DNA from: Blepharisma stoltei ATCC 30299
Taxonomy: Eukaryota; Protista; Ciliophora
Assembly (NCBI GenBank): GCA_965603825.1
Contig: CBFDEM010000008.1
Location: 62,001-126,000 of the forward strand
Direction of reading: 5' to 3'
Length of the DNA stretch: 64,000 nt
Made by a program: the position numbers and the translations under genes. How positions within the stretch are numbered: the stretch's first letter is position 1; every line of letters begins with the position of its first letter. Below, one piece after another: positions 23,365 to 35,900 of the stretch. The notes below the pieces were generated by a model. The model saw nothing but the letters and a program-made list of their open reading frames with translations. It was not told the origin of the DNA and searched no databases.

Positions 23365-24438
23365 TTAATTGATTTTAATTGATTTAACCTCAAACAAGGC
23401 GTTCTGAAAAGAAAATTGTGAGGATTTAAAAATTTCGATTTCTCTTGATTGACATTTTCCTGACATAGTTTTTTTATTATGCAAATAATTTCACACCCCA
23501 TTCTTTGCTTTTTGGTTTATTATCACCCAATTTCCTTCTAAAAATTCAATCGAACAGTGACGCTTACTCATTTTTTTGTCCTCGGGAAATGCAATTGAGA
23601 TTGAATTTGTATCTCCTCTTCCTATTACTATTGCAGTGTTATCGTCTCAATTTCACTTATGCAAAATCTGACGACCATTTTCTTTTGTACACCTGAGCGC
23701 AATGGATTCTCCAAATTTTAAATCAAAATCAAATAATGTTGTTCCAACCCGAAACCTGTCGTGGCTTTCAATGATTTTTTTGTCCTCAATTAATATCATA
23801 GCGGTTGGCTTTACTGTTTCAGATTCTTTTATAAAAAATTTATCGTTTTTCAAAGTAATGCTTAGACGAGTTACCGCATTAATGTAAATTGTTGGATCCT
23901 TCTTTTTCTTTATATAACCGCCTAGTAATTTTGGAAAATTTTGGTTGAAATATATCGAAATTTCTGAATTAGGAATAAGTCAAGAGTTCTGAGGGGCATT
24001 TTTTACTTTTAAAGTCAAACATTTCTGGGAGTCTAAGCTTTGAGGTTTAATAGTTTTTTCGATAGATTTGCTAAGTTTATTTATTTCTGAATCTTCGCTA
24101 ATAATAGTAAGGCTTTTATTTGCTCAAATGTAATTTTCTTCTAAAAAATCTTCTAAATAATTTGTGTTCTTCATGAATTCTTTTGCAAATGATCGGGCAA
24201 GCTCTACCTCAATTTCAAGAGGAGCTTGGCTTGGGGTAGTGACTCCAGTAGAACTTCTCGACTGATTAGGCATCTCTGATTGTTCATTTTTAACTCATTC
24301 GTTATCTGGACATGGCTTATATGATCTCGAATTATCAATGGGATTTGATTGATGTTCGGAATTAAAGATTTTGCTTTTTTCTTGAGTAATGTGATAATAT
24401 TTAGTTGACAGGCTGTATAAAGTCTCATCTTCTCCCAT
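23365..24438 (-). CDS. FHA-domain protein (357 aa), mostly missed by the ORF track
   Basis: Open from ATG 24438 to TAA 23365 with several TGA=Trp codons. FHA motifs IVIGRG...MSKRHCSI...GNWVI...KNGVW. An earlier degenerate FHA-like unit ends DRFRVGTTLF. Confidence 0.78.
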
Positions 24439-26139
24439 AAAAAAATTTATTAAGCACAGCGTTCCTTAGTAAAGAGAAGGCTCCTAAAATAGCATTATAA
24501 TAGAAAAATCAGAAAGTAATGGCTAGATTTGATCAATAATTATCTTTTGCCGCACATTTTTGGTTCAAAATATAAACCAGAAAGCGAAAGACTTAATATA
24601 ATTTATTTAATTTTGACTTGAAATGAAATTCTCAATGTTTAAGCACTCAATAAGCTTATTTCTTCGTAATTAGAATTCTCTTAAAAAATTATAGAAAGAA
24701 ATTTATGTAATCTTTCTATACTTTTTTTAAATATGGTACAAAAAGATATTATGCTGAGCTTTTAGGAAAAGCAAATGAAGTTATATTTCATCTCGGTTGA
24801 TTAGCTTATATTAATCAACATAAAATTTTGCAATAATTTGCTAAATTATTCATGAAAGAGTTGATTGATAAATTATAACTAATTTCTTTTAAATTTATCA
24901 ATTAGAGTGGTATGCTAAAAGGATTTTTAATTTTTTTAGCATTCTGTATATAGATTCAGCCTCTATTTTATATCATATTTGTATAATTTGATTAAAATAT
25001 ATAAGACTTTATTTTATGTGCTAATAATTTAGATTATTATTCAGGTAATGTATTTACTTTCACATTAGGTCACTCCTTAGAATATTTTATTGTTAAATGC
25101 ACATTATAAAGATTTTTTCTTTAACTTTTTTAATCAGCGATATTCCCTCTATGCTAGAAATCATTAATATTTAAGAGACTGAGTTTTTAGCATATATTTA
25201 TAGCTACGAAAGCGCAGGTCTATACTTTAATTGATCAAATTTCAGAATTTTATAAAAATATAGTCTAATTAAGGTGCTTTAAGAATTCTTATCATGAGAT
25301 TATGCTATCATTGCAATTTGGATGAAATAGGAGATTATTTACGCATAAAATAAAAGATGCCCTTTTAGTATTAAGAGTCTGCAAAATTCATTTCGCTTTT
25401 GTGAACATATAATAAATTAACGGCATATAATTAAATAATTTGAATTTTAGGTTGAATTTATATCTAAGATTTTAAGTTTTGAGACTATTAATTTGATATT
25501 TTATGTAAAATATTGGTTACTCATAACATAAAGCAAAAAATTAAATGGAATTCCGAGGTTTAATAAGTTGTAAGCTCTTATCAAATTGCACCAAAATCCA
25601 TAAGTTTCCTTTGAAAATTTCGCAACCATAATTCGTTATTTTCTCCGCTGCTCCAACTTAATTGATGTTTCCATATCCACTCATAAAGTCAAAAATATTC
25701 ATTTATATATAATATACAGGCTTCTCTATTCATAGAGATAATCTGCTGCATTATTTTCAATTTATCTTATTGGCACTGAGTTTTAAATGCGATTAATCTA
25801 CTTATTCTTCAGCAAACATAATTTTTTGCTTAATATTTTTATTAAAGGATTTAACTTATCAATATTATAAATTCTTTGGCCTATATAGGATAAGGAAAGG
25901 GTGAGAGGTGTTACATTGAGGGTCAAATAGTGTAGAGTAGATTACAGAATTAAAGTGATGCAGCTCGAGCATCATTGCATTAACAGACTTTTCTTCAAAG
26001 GCTATTAGCTTGAAGATTATTTTTAAGTGAAGGGGCAAGAGAAATTCTGGCTTATAGCGGAAAAGCTAATAAATAAAAGATTGCATTATAAAAATATGAA
26101 TACTTCAAAATTATCCTAAATAATTTGAGGTAGAAATAA

Positions 26140-27549
26140 ATGAAAAAGATAGTTCTTTTATATCTTATTTTTACTATTGGAAATGCAAAATCGTGTAAAG
26201 TTGACAGTGACTGTGATGACTACTACAATTGTAAGTCAGGGTCTTGTGAGCACAAAGAGCTTTTTCCAATGGAAAATTTAGAAATCATAGGAACAATTTT
26301 AATTGTAATTGTGAGCGCTCTATCTAACTCATCAGGAATTGGTGGAGGAGGACTCAATGTCTTAATCTGCATCTTATTTTTTAAATTTGAAACCTCTAAG
26401 TCAGTTCCACTATCACAAGTCATAATATTAGGTGGGAGCCTTACAACTATTATCATACAAATACCATCAAGACACCCTGTAAAAGATAGACCATTGATTG
26501 ACTATGATTTAATAGCTTTTGTAATATCTCCGATGCTTCTAGGTGCTAGTATCGGGGTTATTTTAAATAAAAGTTTTCCCTCTTGGCTTATTCTTGCTCT
26601 TTTAACTTTGCTCTTAGGATTTATGCTTTATAATTCTATTAAGAAATATATTAAGCTCAGTGAAAAAGAAGCCGAACAAAGAAATAAAGAAAAAGACAAT
26701 AAAAAAACAAATTTAATAGAAAATAAAGAGCAATCAAATACTGAAAATTTAATAATAAATTGCGAGATAGAAGCTGGAGGAGTAACACAGAAGATTTTGC
26801 CTGGTGAAGACAATAAAAAAGAAAAAAATAATCATATTGACGATGTTTATAAAGAAGAAAGCAGGATTATACCGGTTCGGCAGTTCACTGTGATTTTATT
26901 GATTTTAGGCTTTGCAATTATAGGGTCATTAATGAAAGGTGGAAAAGGTTCAGAGTCAATACTCGGCTTTTCGCAGTGCAGTTCTTGATATTGGGCTTTT
27001 GTCGCAATTTTTTTTATATCTCTTCTAATTTTATGTTTCTTAGCTGAGCTATTGGCTATTCATAAAGTCAATAGAAAAATTGAGCAAGGTTATAATTTTG
27101 ATGATCATGACATAAAATGGGACATCAAAAATACCAACTTATTATCTGCCTTTACAATAATAGCTGGGATCACAGCTAGTTTATTAGGGTTAGGTGGAGG
27201 ATTAGTTATGAATCCTATCATGCTAAATATCGGCTACAGACCAGAAGTATCGACCGCATCCTCTTCATTTTTAGTCCTTATGGCTTCTATTATAGCAGTT
27301 CTTCAATTTTCCCTTGCTGGAGAAGTAATTTTAGCTTATGGGCTATGACTATTTTTTACCTCAGTACTAGGATCAATGCTTGGAACATTTTTTATATTGA
27401 AAACAGCAAAAAGGTATAAAAGAGTATCAATTGTGGTACTAATTTTGGCGATTATTCTTTTTATGTGTATAATAGCGATTCCTACATATGGAATTATCGA
27501 TATGGCGACAGGTGGCGATACACAATATGGATTTTCAGGGTTTTGCTAA
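26140..27549 (+). CDS. TauE/SafE (TSUP) family membrane transporter, copy A, intact
   Basis: SNSSGIGGGG, RPLIDYD and ASLLGLGGGLVMNP repeats, with many TM helices. TGA at 26986 and 27346 read through to TAA 27549. Confidence 0.9.
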
Positions 27550-27656
27550 TCATTATTTAATTTTTTTAAGTATATTTCCTATTTATTTATTTATTTTTAG
27601 AATTTTTATTAAAATCTTATGTCTCGTTTATAGGTAAACTGAATTAAATATTTATT

Positions 27657-28043
27657 TTATTGCGAATATGGCTCTCGCTCTTGATTTCTCCTAAGTTTAT
27701 TTATTTCTGAATCTTCGCTAAATATAGTAAGGTTTTTATTTGCTCAAATGTAATTTTCTTCTACATGCTTTGTGTTCTTAATGAATTTTTGGCAAATGAT
27801 CGGGCAAGTTCTGCCTCAATTTCAAGAAGTTTGGCTTGGGGTAGTGACTCCAGTAGAAATTTTCAACTGATTAGGCATCCTTGATTGTTCGTTTTTAACT
27901 CATTCGTTATCTGGACATTGCTTACATGATCTCTAATTATCAATGGGATTTGATTGATGTTCGGAATTAAAGATTTTGCTTTTTTCTTGAGTAATGTGAT
28001 AATATTTAGTTGACAGGCTGTATAAAGTCTCATCTTCTCCCAT
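27657..28043 (-). pseudogene. Truncated duplicate of the FHA gene 5' end, fused at the duplication junction to the 3' end of the neighbouring gene
   Basis: Same start MGEDETLYSL as the 24438 gene. TCG>TAG nonsense at 27933-27935 plus deletions. Ends in RNQEREPYSQ*, copied from the gene ending at 31367. Confidence 0.82.
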
Positions 28044-28309
28044 AAAAAAAATTATTAAGCTTAGCGTTCCTTAGTAAAGAGAAGGCTCCTAAAATAGCAT
28101 TATAATAGAAAAATCAGAAAGTAATGGCTAGATTTGATCAATAATTATCTTTTGCCGCACATTTTTGGTTCAAAATATAAACCAGAAAGCGAAAGACTTA
28201 ATATAATTTATTTAATTTTGACTTGAAATGAATATTTCAATGTTTAAGCACTCAATACACTCATTATGTCTTTTTAATTATAAAAAATTATAGAAAGAAT
28301 TCAATTATT

Positions 28310-28413
28310 TTATTCCTTCTACACTTTTGGATTAAAAATGGTACAAAAGATATTATGCTGATTATTCCTTCTACACTTTTGGATTAAAAATGGTACAAAA
28401 GATATTATGCTGA
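28310..28413. repeat. Two-copy 52-nt direct tandem repeat
   Basis: TTATTCCTTCTACACTTTTGGATTAAAAATGGTACAAAAGATATTATGCTGA occurs twice. Only one related unit is present in copy A (~24710-24757). Confidence 0.9.
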
Positions 28414-29855
28414 GATTTTAGTAAAAGCAAATGAAAGTTATATTTCATCTAGGCTTATTAGCTTATATTAATCTGGATAAAATTTTGCAATAATTTGCTG
28501 AATTATTTATGAAAGAGTTGATTTATGAATTATAACTAATTTCTTTTAAACTTCGCAGTGTTAAAAGGATTTTTAATTTTTTAACATTTTGATATAATTA
28601 TTTAGTTTCAACCTCTATTTTATATAATATTTGTATAATTTGATTAAAATATATAAGACTTTGTTTTATATGCTAATAATTTAGATTATAATTCAGGTAA
28701 TGTATTTACTTTCACATTGCGTCGCTCCTTATAATATTTTATTGTTAAATGCGCATTAGCAAAGCTTTTTTCTTTAACTTCTTAAGCAGCGATATTCCCT
28801 CTTTGCTAAATCATTAATATTGAAGTGATTGAGTTTTTAGCGTAGATTTATAGTTGCGAAAGCGCAGGTCTATACTTTAATTAATCAAATTTCAGAATTT
28901 TATCAAGTATAGTTTAATAAATGTGCTTTAACTTCTTAAGAATTCTTATCATGAGATTATGCTATCATTGTAATTTTGATGAAATAGAAGATTATTTATG
29001 AATAAAATAAAAGATGCCCTTTTAGTATTAAGAGTTTGCAAAATTCATTTCGCTTTTGGGAGTTTATAAAAAATTAATAGCATATAATAAGATAATTTGA
29101 ATTTTAGATTGAATTCATATCTAAGATTTTAAGTTTTAAGACTATTAATTTGATATTTTATGTAAAATATTGGTTACACATAGCATAAAGCAAAAAATTA
29201 AATGGAATTCCGAGTTGTAAGTTCTCATCAAATTGCACCACTATCCATAAGTTTCCTTTTGGAAATATCGCAACCATAATTCGTTATTTTTCTCAGCTGC
29301 TCCAACTTAATCGGTATTTCCATGTCTGCACATAGAGTCAATACTTACAAAGAAAAATTCATTTATATATAATAAAAGGCTCTCTATTCATAGAGATAAT
29401 CTGCTACATTATTTATTGGCACTGAGCTTTAAATGTGATTAATCTACTTATTCTTCAGCTACAAAATTTTTTGCTTACCTTTCCTCATAGAGTGATTTTT
29501 TATAAAAAAATAATAATGAAGTTTAAAATAATCCCAATACGTTAAACAAAAATGCATTGAAATATTTTGCTCACTCATGAAGAGTGGATAAAAAATAGAT
29601 TTTTCTGCATATATTGGATGAGCAATGGGTGAAAGGTGCTACTTTTGGGATCGAATATACAGATTGCAGATCATTGAATTAATAGACGTTTTTATAAGTT
29701 TTCTTGAAAGGTTAATTAGCTTTTGAAGTTATTTTTAAGTGAAAGGGCAAAAGAAATGCTGATTCACAGTGGAAAAGCTAATAAATAAAAGATATCCGTT
29801 ATAAAAAATATTAATACTTAAAAATTATTCTAGCAGATAATTTGAGGTAGTATAA

Positions 29856-31264
29856 ATGAAAAAGATAGTTCTTTTATATCTTATTTTTACTATTGGAAAT
29901 GCAGAATCGTGTAAAGTTGACAGTGATTGTGATGACTACTACAATTGTGAGTCAGGATCTTGCGAGCGCAAAGAGCTTTTTCCAATGGAAAATTTAGAAA
30001 TCATAGGAACAATTTTAATTGTAATTGTGAGTGCTCTATCTAACTCATCAGGAATTGGTGGAGGAGGACTCAATATCTTAATCTGCATCTTATTTTTTAA
30101 ATTTGAACCCTCTAATTCAGTTCCACTATCACAAGTCATAATATTAGGTGGGAGCCTTACAACTATTATAATACAAATACCATCAAGACACCCTGTAAAA
30201 GATAGACCATTGATTGACTATGATTTAATATCTTTTGTAATATCTCCGATGCTTCTAGGTGCTAGTATCGGGGTTATTTTAAATGAAAGTTTTCCTTCTT
30301 GGCTTATTCTTGCTCTTTTAACTTTGCTCTTAGGATTTATGCTTTATAATTCTATTAAGAAATATATTAAGCTCAGTGAAAAAGAAGCTGAACTAAGAAA
30401 TAAAGAAAAAGAGATTGAAAATACAAATTTAATAGAAAATAATGAGCAATCAAATACAGAAAATTAATAATAAAATGCGAAATAGAAGCTGGAGAAACAG
30501 AGAAGGCTTTGCCTAGTGAAGACAATAAAAAAGAAAAAAATAATAATAATATTGAAGATATTTATAAAGAAGAAAGCAGGATTTTACCAGTTCGGCAGCT
30601 CTCTATGATTTTATTTATTTTAGGCTTTGCAATTATAGGGTCATTAATAAAAGGTGGAAGAGATTCAGAGTCAATACTCGGCTTTTCGCAGTGCAGTTCT
30701 TGATATTGGGCTTTTGTCGCAATTTTTTTTATTTCTCTTCTAATTTTATGCTTCGTAGCTGAGCTATTGGCTATTCATAAAGTCAATAGAAAAATTGAGC
30801 AAGGCTATAATTTTGATGATCATGACATAAAATGGAACATCAAAAATACCAGCTTATTATCTGCCTTTACAATAATAGCTGGGATCACAGCTAGTTTATT
30901 AGGGTTAGGTGGAGGATTAGTTATGAATCCTATCATGCTAAATATCGGCTACAGGCCAGAAGTATCGACCGCATCCTCTTCATTTTTAGTCCTTATGGCT
31001 TCTATTATAGCAGTTCTTCAATTTTCCCTTGCTGGAGAAGTAATTTTAGCTTATGGGCTATGACTATTTTTTACCTCAGTACTAGGATCAATGCTTGGAA
31101 CATTTTTTATATTGAAAACAGCAAAAAGGTATAAAAGAGTGTCAATTGTGGTACTAATTTTATCGGTTATTCTTTTTATGTGCATAATAGCGATTCCTAC
31201 ATATGGAATTATTGATATGGCGACTGGCGGGGATACACAATATGGATTTTCAGGGTTTTGCTAA
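29856..31264 (+). pseudogene. TauE/SafE transporter copy B, frameshifted (pseudogene or assembly error)
   Basis: Near-identical to copy A, but GAAAATTTAATA became GAAAATTAATA (1-nt deletion), giving TAA at 30465-30467. The downstream frame is otherwise intact. Confidence 0.72.
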
Positions 31265-31366
31265 TCATTATTTAATATTTTAAGTATATTTCCTATTTAT
31301 TTATTTTTAGACTTTTTATTAAAATCTTATGCCTCATTTATAGGTAAACTGAATTAAATATTTATT

Positions 31367-32899
31367 TTATTTCGAATATGGCTCTCGCTCTTCATTTCTC
31401 CCAGATTCGCTACTTTTATTGCCCTGGTCAATTTGCTTACTTGGAGTTTGTGGCCTTGACGATCTTCTTGAGTTCGCTTGGAAGCTATTATTTGACTTCG
31501 TCATGTCAGGTTTAAAACTAATTCCTGCATCCTTCATGAACTTTTCTTTCAGGACTACTTTTTTGTCCTGAATTTCTTTAAAATTCTGATACAAATTTTC
31601 ATATCTTGGGACTTCGTCGCTTTCTCCTCTAGGGACACTACCATGTCTTGCTTTTTCGAACTCTTTTTCTTGCTCTTCTCTTTGTTTTTTTAATTTTTCT
31701 TCTCTTTTTTCTTTTTCACTATAAAGACGCTCGTGCACAGGGGTTCCTGAAGATTCTCGCTTAGGTGTCATTAATTTAGGAGTAAAAGGGTGATTTTTTT
31801 CTTCTTCGATTTTCTTTTCAAGCTCTTTTTTCCGCTGCTCTTTTTGATGATCTTGATAAGAGTTGTAGAGCTTTATATAGATTGGTGGCTCGTCTTCTGA
31901 TTTTCTTGACATAACAGAGACTGAAGGTTTGAATGTGCAATTTTCAAGCTCTTTATCTTTTTCAATAATTTCTTTAGTCCTTTGTTTTTGCCTCTGCACC
32001 TCAGCATCTTTATACAATTTCTCAAACGAGTGCTCCGATTTTGACGATCTTATAGAATTTACCCTCGGCTTAAAGGTGCATTCACTCAACTCTTTTTCTT
32101 CTCTTTTTAGCTTATAAAAGTCTTCTTTCAGCTTTTTATCAGACATCTGTAGCCTTTCAAAAACAGAAATGTTAGGCTGGGTGTTGCTGTAAATATCAGG
32201 CTTAAACGTGCATTCAACTAAGTCTTTGTCTTTGAACTGTTCTTGGACTTTTTCTAAGACTTCTCGTTTTTTGGCTGCTTCTTCATAGAGACGGGTAAAT
32301 AATTCGCTCTTTTCTTTGTCTTTGTCTGAAATAATGTTGAGGTCAAGAGAGCCTGTTGTAGGGAATTCTTTGAAAACTGACGAGGAAACTTGTTTGGAAG
32401 AGCTTTCAAGAAGGCTCATTGCAGCTTTTTTCTGAAAATAGCTTTGGTGGATCTCAGGCTCAGAATTTCTGGGTTTTCTTTGATTTTGTTGTAAATTTTT
32501 ATTTTCTTTTAACAATCTTACTATATATTCCTTCATCTTCTTAAACTGCTGCTCCAATTCAAAATTCTGTGAAATTTTCTTTCAAATCCCAAACGAAGTA
32601 TTGCATTCTCTAACAGAAATCCGCCTTTTCATGAAAACAATTTTCCTTGCAGCGCATTCTTTTTGGTTTTGGACTCAGCCGCTATATATGTTTTCTGCGA
32701 TATCTGAGTAAGATTTACCATTAAAATCGGAATTGAAGATATCCTGGAGATGTGAAGTTAAACTTATGATGAGGCTGTTTGGGTTTGAGGGGTCTTCATA
32801 AATTTTTGGGAAGTCAGAGTAGTTGAGGAGTCCCTGAATGGAAATTACTGCTTTGAATAAGTAGTTTCTAAAATCATAACTTGGCATTCCTTTACTCAT
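31367..32899 (-). CDS. Charged coiled-coil protein with repeated ECTFKP and F/HERLY motifs
   Basis: Track ORFs 32675-32899 and 31367-32557 join through two TGA codons. Alternating motifs LFTRLYEEA/ECTFKP, VFERL/ECTFKP, FEKLY/NCTFKP, IYIKLY/PFTPK and VHERLY. Confidence 0.82.
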
Positions 32900-32928
32900 T
32901 TGCTATTTTTTTATGATATTTTATACTG

Positions 32929-35900
32929 ATGGATAGAAAAACAATAACAAAAGACACAACAAACGAAAGCGAAGACTGGAGAAGTATCAATATTACTTTA
33001 AACTCCCCAATAACCTCCTCAGTTTACCCCTCTAACGAAATTCGGTCTTCACGTTACAATTTTTGGACGTTTTTGCCTTTAAATTTATTTGACCAGTTTA
33101 TGAGGCCTTCCAATATTTGGTTTCTCTATGTCTCCCTACTAGAAATCCTTGTACTTTCTGATGGGTCTGTATATTCATACTCTACAATAATTCCTCTAGT
33201 AATTCTACTGCTTTTTACAGGAGTGAAAGACGCTTTGTGTAACTACCAAAAAAATGATTGTGACAAAAAAATCAATAACGAAATGTTTTTAGTCTGAAAT
33301 GGGATTTCTTTCATGCAAAAAAAAGCTAAAGAAATTTTTGTAGGGGAGGTCGTTTTGCTACAAAATAAAGAAAAAGCCCCAGCGGATTTGGTGTTGCTGT
33401 GCTCGGGGTCACCGAATTTTAGCTGCTATTTGGATACGTCAGGAATTATTGGAGAAAAAGATTTAAAAATAAAAAAATCAATTAGGGAAGTACAGAATCT
33501 GATAAATATCGCTGATGTAAACGAGGCATCTGCATATTTAAAACGAATTGGCGGCTTTGTAAAAGTCCAGCCTCCTAATACAGATTTCAGTTCCTTTGCA
33601 GGAAAATTCATCCTAGGAAATTCCCCTAAAGCCACGAACTTGAATATAGATAATTTTATTTATCGAGAATCAAAAATATGTAACACCCCATGGATTTTCG
33701 GACTAGTAATTTATACAGGAAATGAGACCAAAATTTGGAAAACTGAGACTTACCGTATAAGAAAATCGTCAAGAATCGAAAAATGATTCAACCGTTTTGC
33801 CATCTTTTTGGTGGCTTTTATCTTATTACTATCGTTATTTGAAGCTTTAATGGCGCGATTTTATATTGACTACGACCATAAATTCCCCTTTTATGTGACT
33901 TTTTTTAGGTTTAATTCTGTTTTTAGTGAGCTTATTCCTTTGCCATTGTTTTTTATTATAGATATAGTGAAGCTAATCCGTTATTTCAGAATAAACCTAA
34001 GGAAGCAAGGAGTTCAATTTAAGACAGAGGATGCCTGCGAAAATCTAGGACAAATCGAATATTTATTAGCAGATAAAACAGGCACCTTGACCAGCGACAA
34101 CTTAAATATAAAATTATGCCTAATTGGAGAAAACGAATATTGAGAAGAATCAGGCTCAATAGACGAGCTTAGAAGAACTAGCAACGCAGACCGAGGATTC
34201 ACATATGGCACTGACCGAATGTTTATAAACAACGAAGAAGGTGAAGATTTAATTGGAACCCCAAACTCACTTCTACGAAAAAACTTTGTAGACCTTAAAG
34301 CTGATTTTTTATCTAATATCAGCAGTGAAATGATGCATTATTTCACCTGTCTTGTCCTCTGCAACATCGCAATTCCACTCGAAAACGGAGAATATTTGAC
34401 CACAGCAGTCGAAGACAAAGCTTTATTAGAACTTTCTGACACAATTGGGGTAAAATTAAAAGATAGGGACACTAATAAATGCGAAATCAGTCTAAATAAT
34501 GATGTAAAAGACTTTATGATATGAGGACTCAGAGATGCGACTCCTGAAAACAAACGGACAAGGATTATTGTGCAGAATATTCTGTCAGATGAAGCCTTTA
34601 TATATGTAAAAGGGTCACTTGACACTATGCTAAATATAGTAAAAGACCCAAACGGGTGTCTTTTTAACCTGGAAAATGTGCTTAAAGAGTCCTCGACCTC
34701 AGGGCTGCAGTTTATTGCAGCAGGGTATAAGCCATTGAAACAGAGAGACCTTCAGGAATTTAAATCAGCTTATAGAAATGCAAAACAGTGTCCTGTAAAT
34801 ACTGATAGAAGAATAGAGTCAGTTTTTGAAGAATGTGAGCAAGGGATACAATATTTGGGCTGTATAGGGATACAAGAAGAAATTACTGAAGAAACGAAGG
34901 AAACGGTAGAAATTTTGAAAAATGCAGGGATTAAAATATGGATTTTGAGTGGTGACTCTGAAGATAGGACAATTTCAGCAGGGATTGGGTCTTCAGCGAT
35001 ACAGGAAAACTGGAATATTATAAAGCTTTCAAAAGTAAACAGCCAAAGTGAATGTTTATCGCTTCTAGAAGACACATTGAAAAGCACAATTTTTAAAGAG
35101 AATAGCTTATTAAATTCACCCACTAAAGATCCTCATGACGTAAACGGAGCATCACCGATTTTTCCTATTGTGAGTGTCCCGCTGTTTGAAAGTGATAACT
35201 CATATTCAGAAAATAATGACAGCCAAAGGCTTTTTCACTATGAGTCAGCAAGAGAAAAATCATATCCGTTGATTTCTAAAAAAATGAATAAACCCACAAA
35301 TATTGACATTTCTTTAAGAAAAGATACAATAAATCCTTTAATATCAAAGCTGACAAGCTTCAGCCACATCAATTATATTGATCTCAACCAATCTATTAAT
35401 CAGACAAATTTGAATTTTGTATTGTCAATTGATAATAAAATTCTTGAAATTTGTATTGAGCATTCAAATTGTAGGAAATTATTAGTGGTTTTGCTTTTTA
35501 CTGCACAAAGTGTATGCTTCCATTCGTTGCTGCCTGGAGATAAAATGAAGGTTGCGAAGCTTTTAAAGCAATATTTTTCGTTTAAGCCTATATTTTTAGC
35601 TATAGGGGACAGTGGAAGTGACGTAGGGATGATTAAAGAAGCACATATAGGCGTAGGAGTTATAGGAAAAGAAGGTACTCAGGCAGCAAGTGCAAGTGAA
35701 ATTGTCATTAGCAAGTTTTCTGACCTAACTGAGCTGATTTTATGTGAGGGGCATTGTTCATATGCAAATGTCTCCAAAATTATTCTCCTTTTGTTTTATA
35801 AAAGTGTGCTGATAATCAGCTTGATTTTCTTTTTTACACCTGTGGATTATTATTCTGGGAACTTGATAAGCTCTCTCAATTTAGAGATATATATAATGGT

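Larger units (their letters stand above)
24071..31400. repeat. Tandem segmental duplication: copy A 24071-27690, copy B 27691-31400
   Basis: ctaagtttatttatttctgaatcttcgcta starts at both 24071 and 27691. gaatatggctctcgctctt.atttctc ends both copies. Intergenic and transporter sequences are collinear. Confidence 0.93.

Noticed and set aside
28310-28413. CRISPR-like repeat
   Set aside because: Two adjacent copies with no spacer, in a eukaryotic context with no cas genes.
24071-31400. Transposon- or IES-mediated origin of the duplication
   Set aside because: No terminal inverted repeats, target-site duplication or transposase is visible at the breakpoints.
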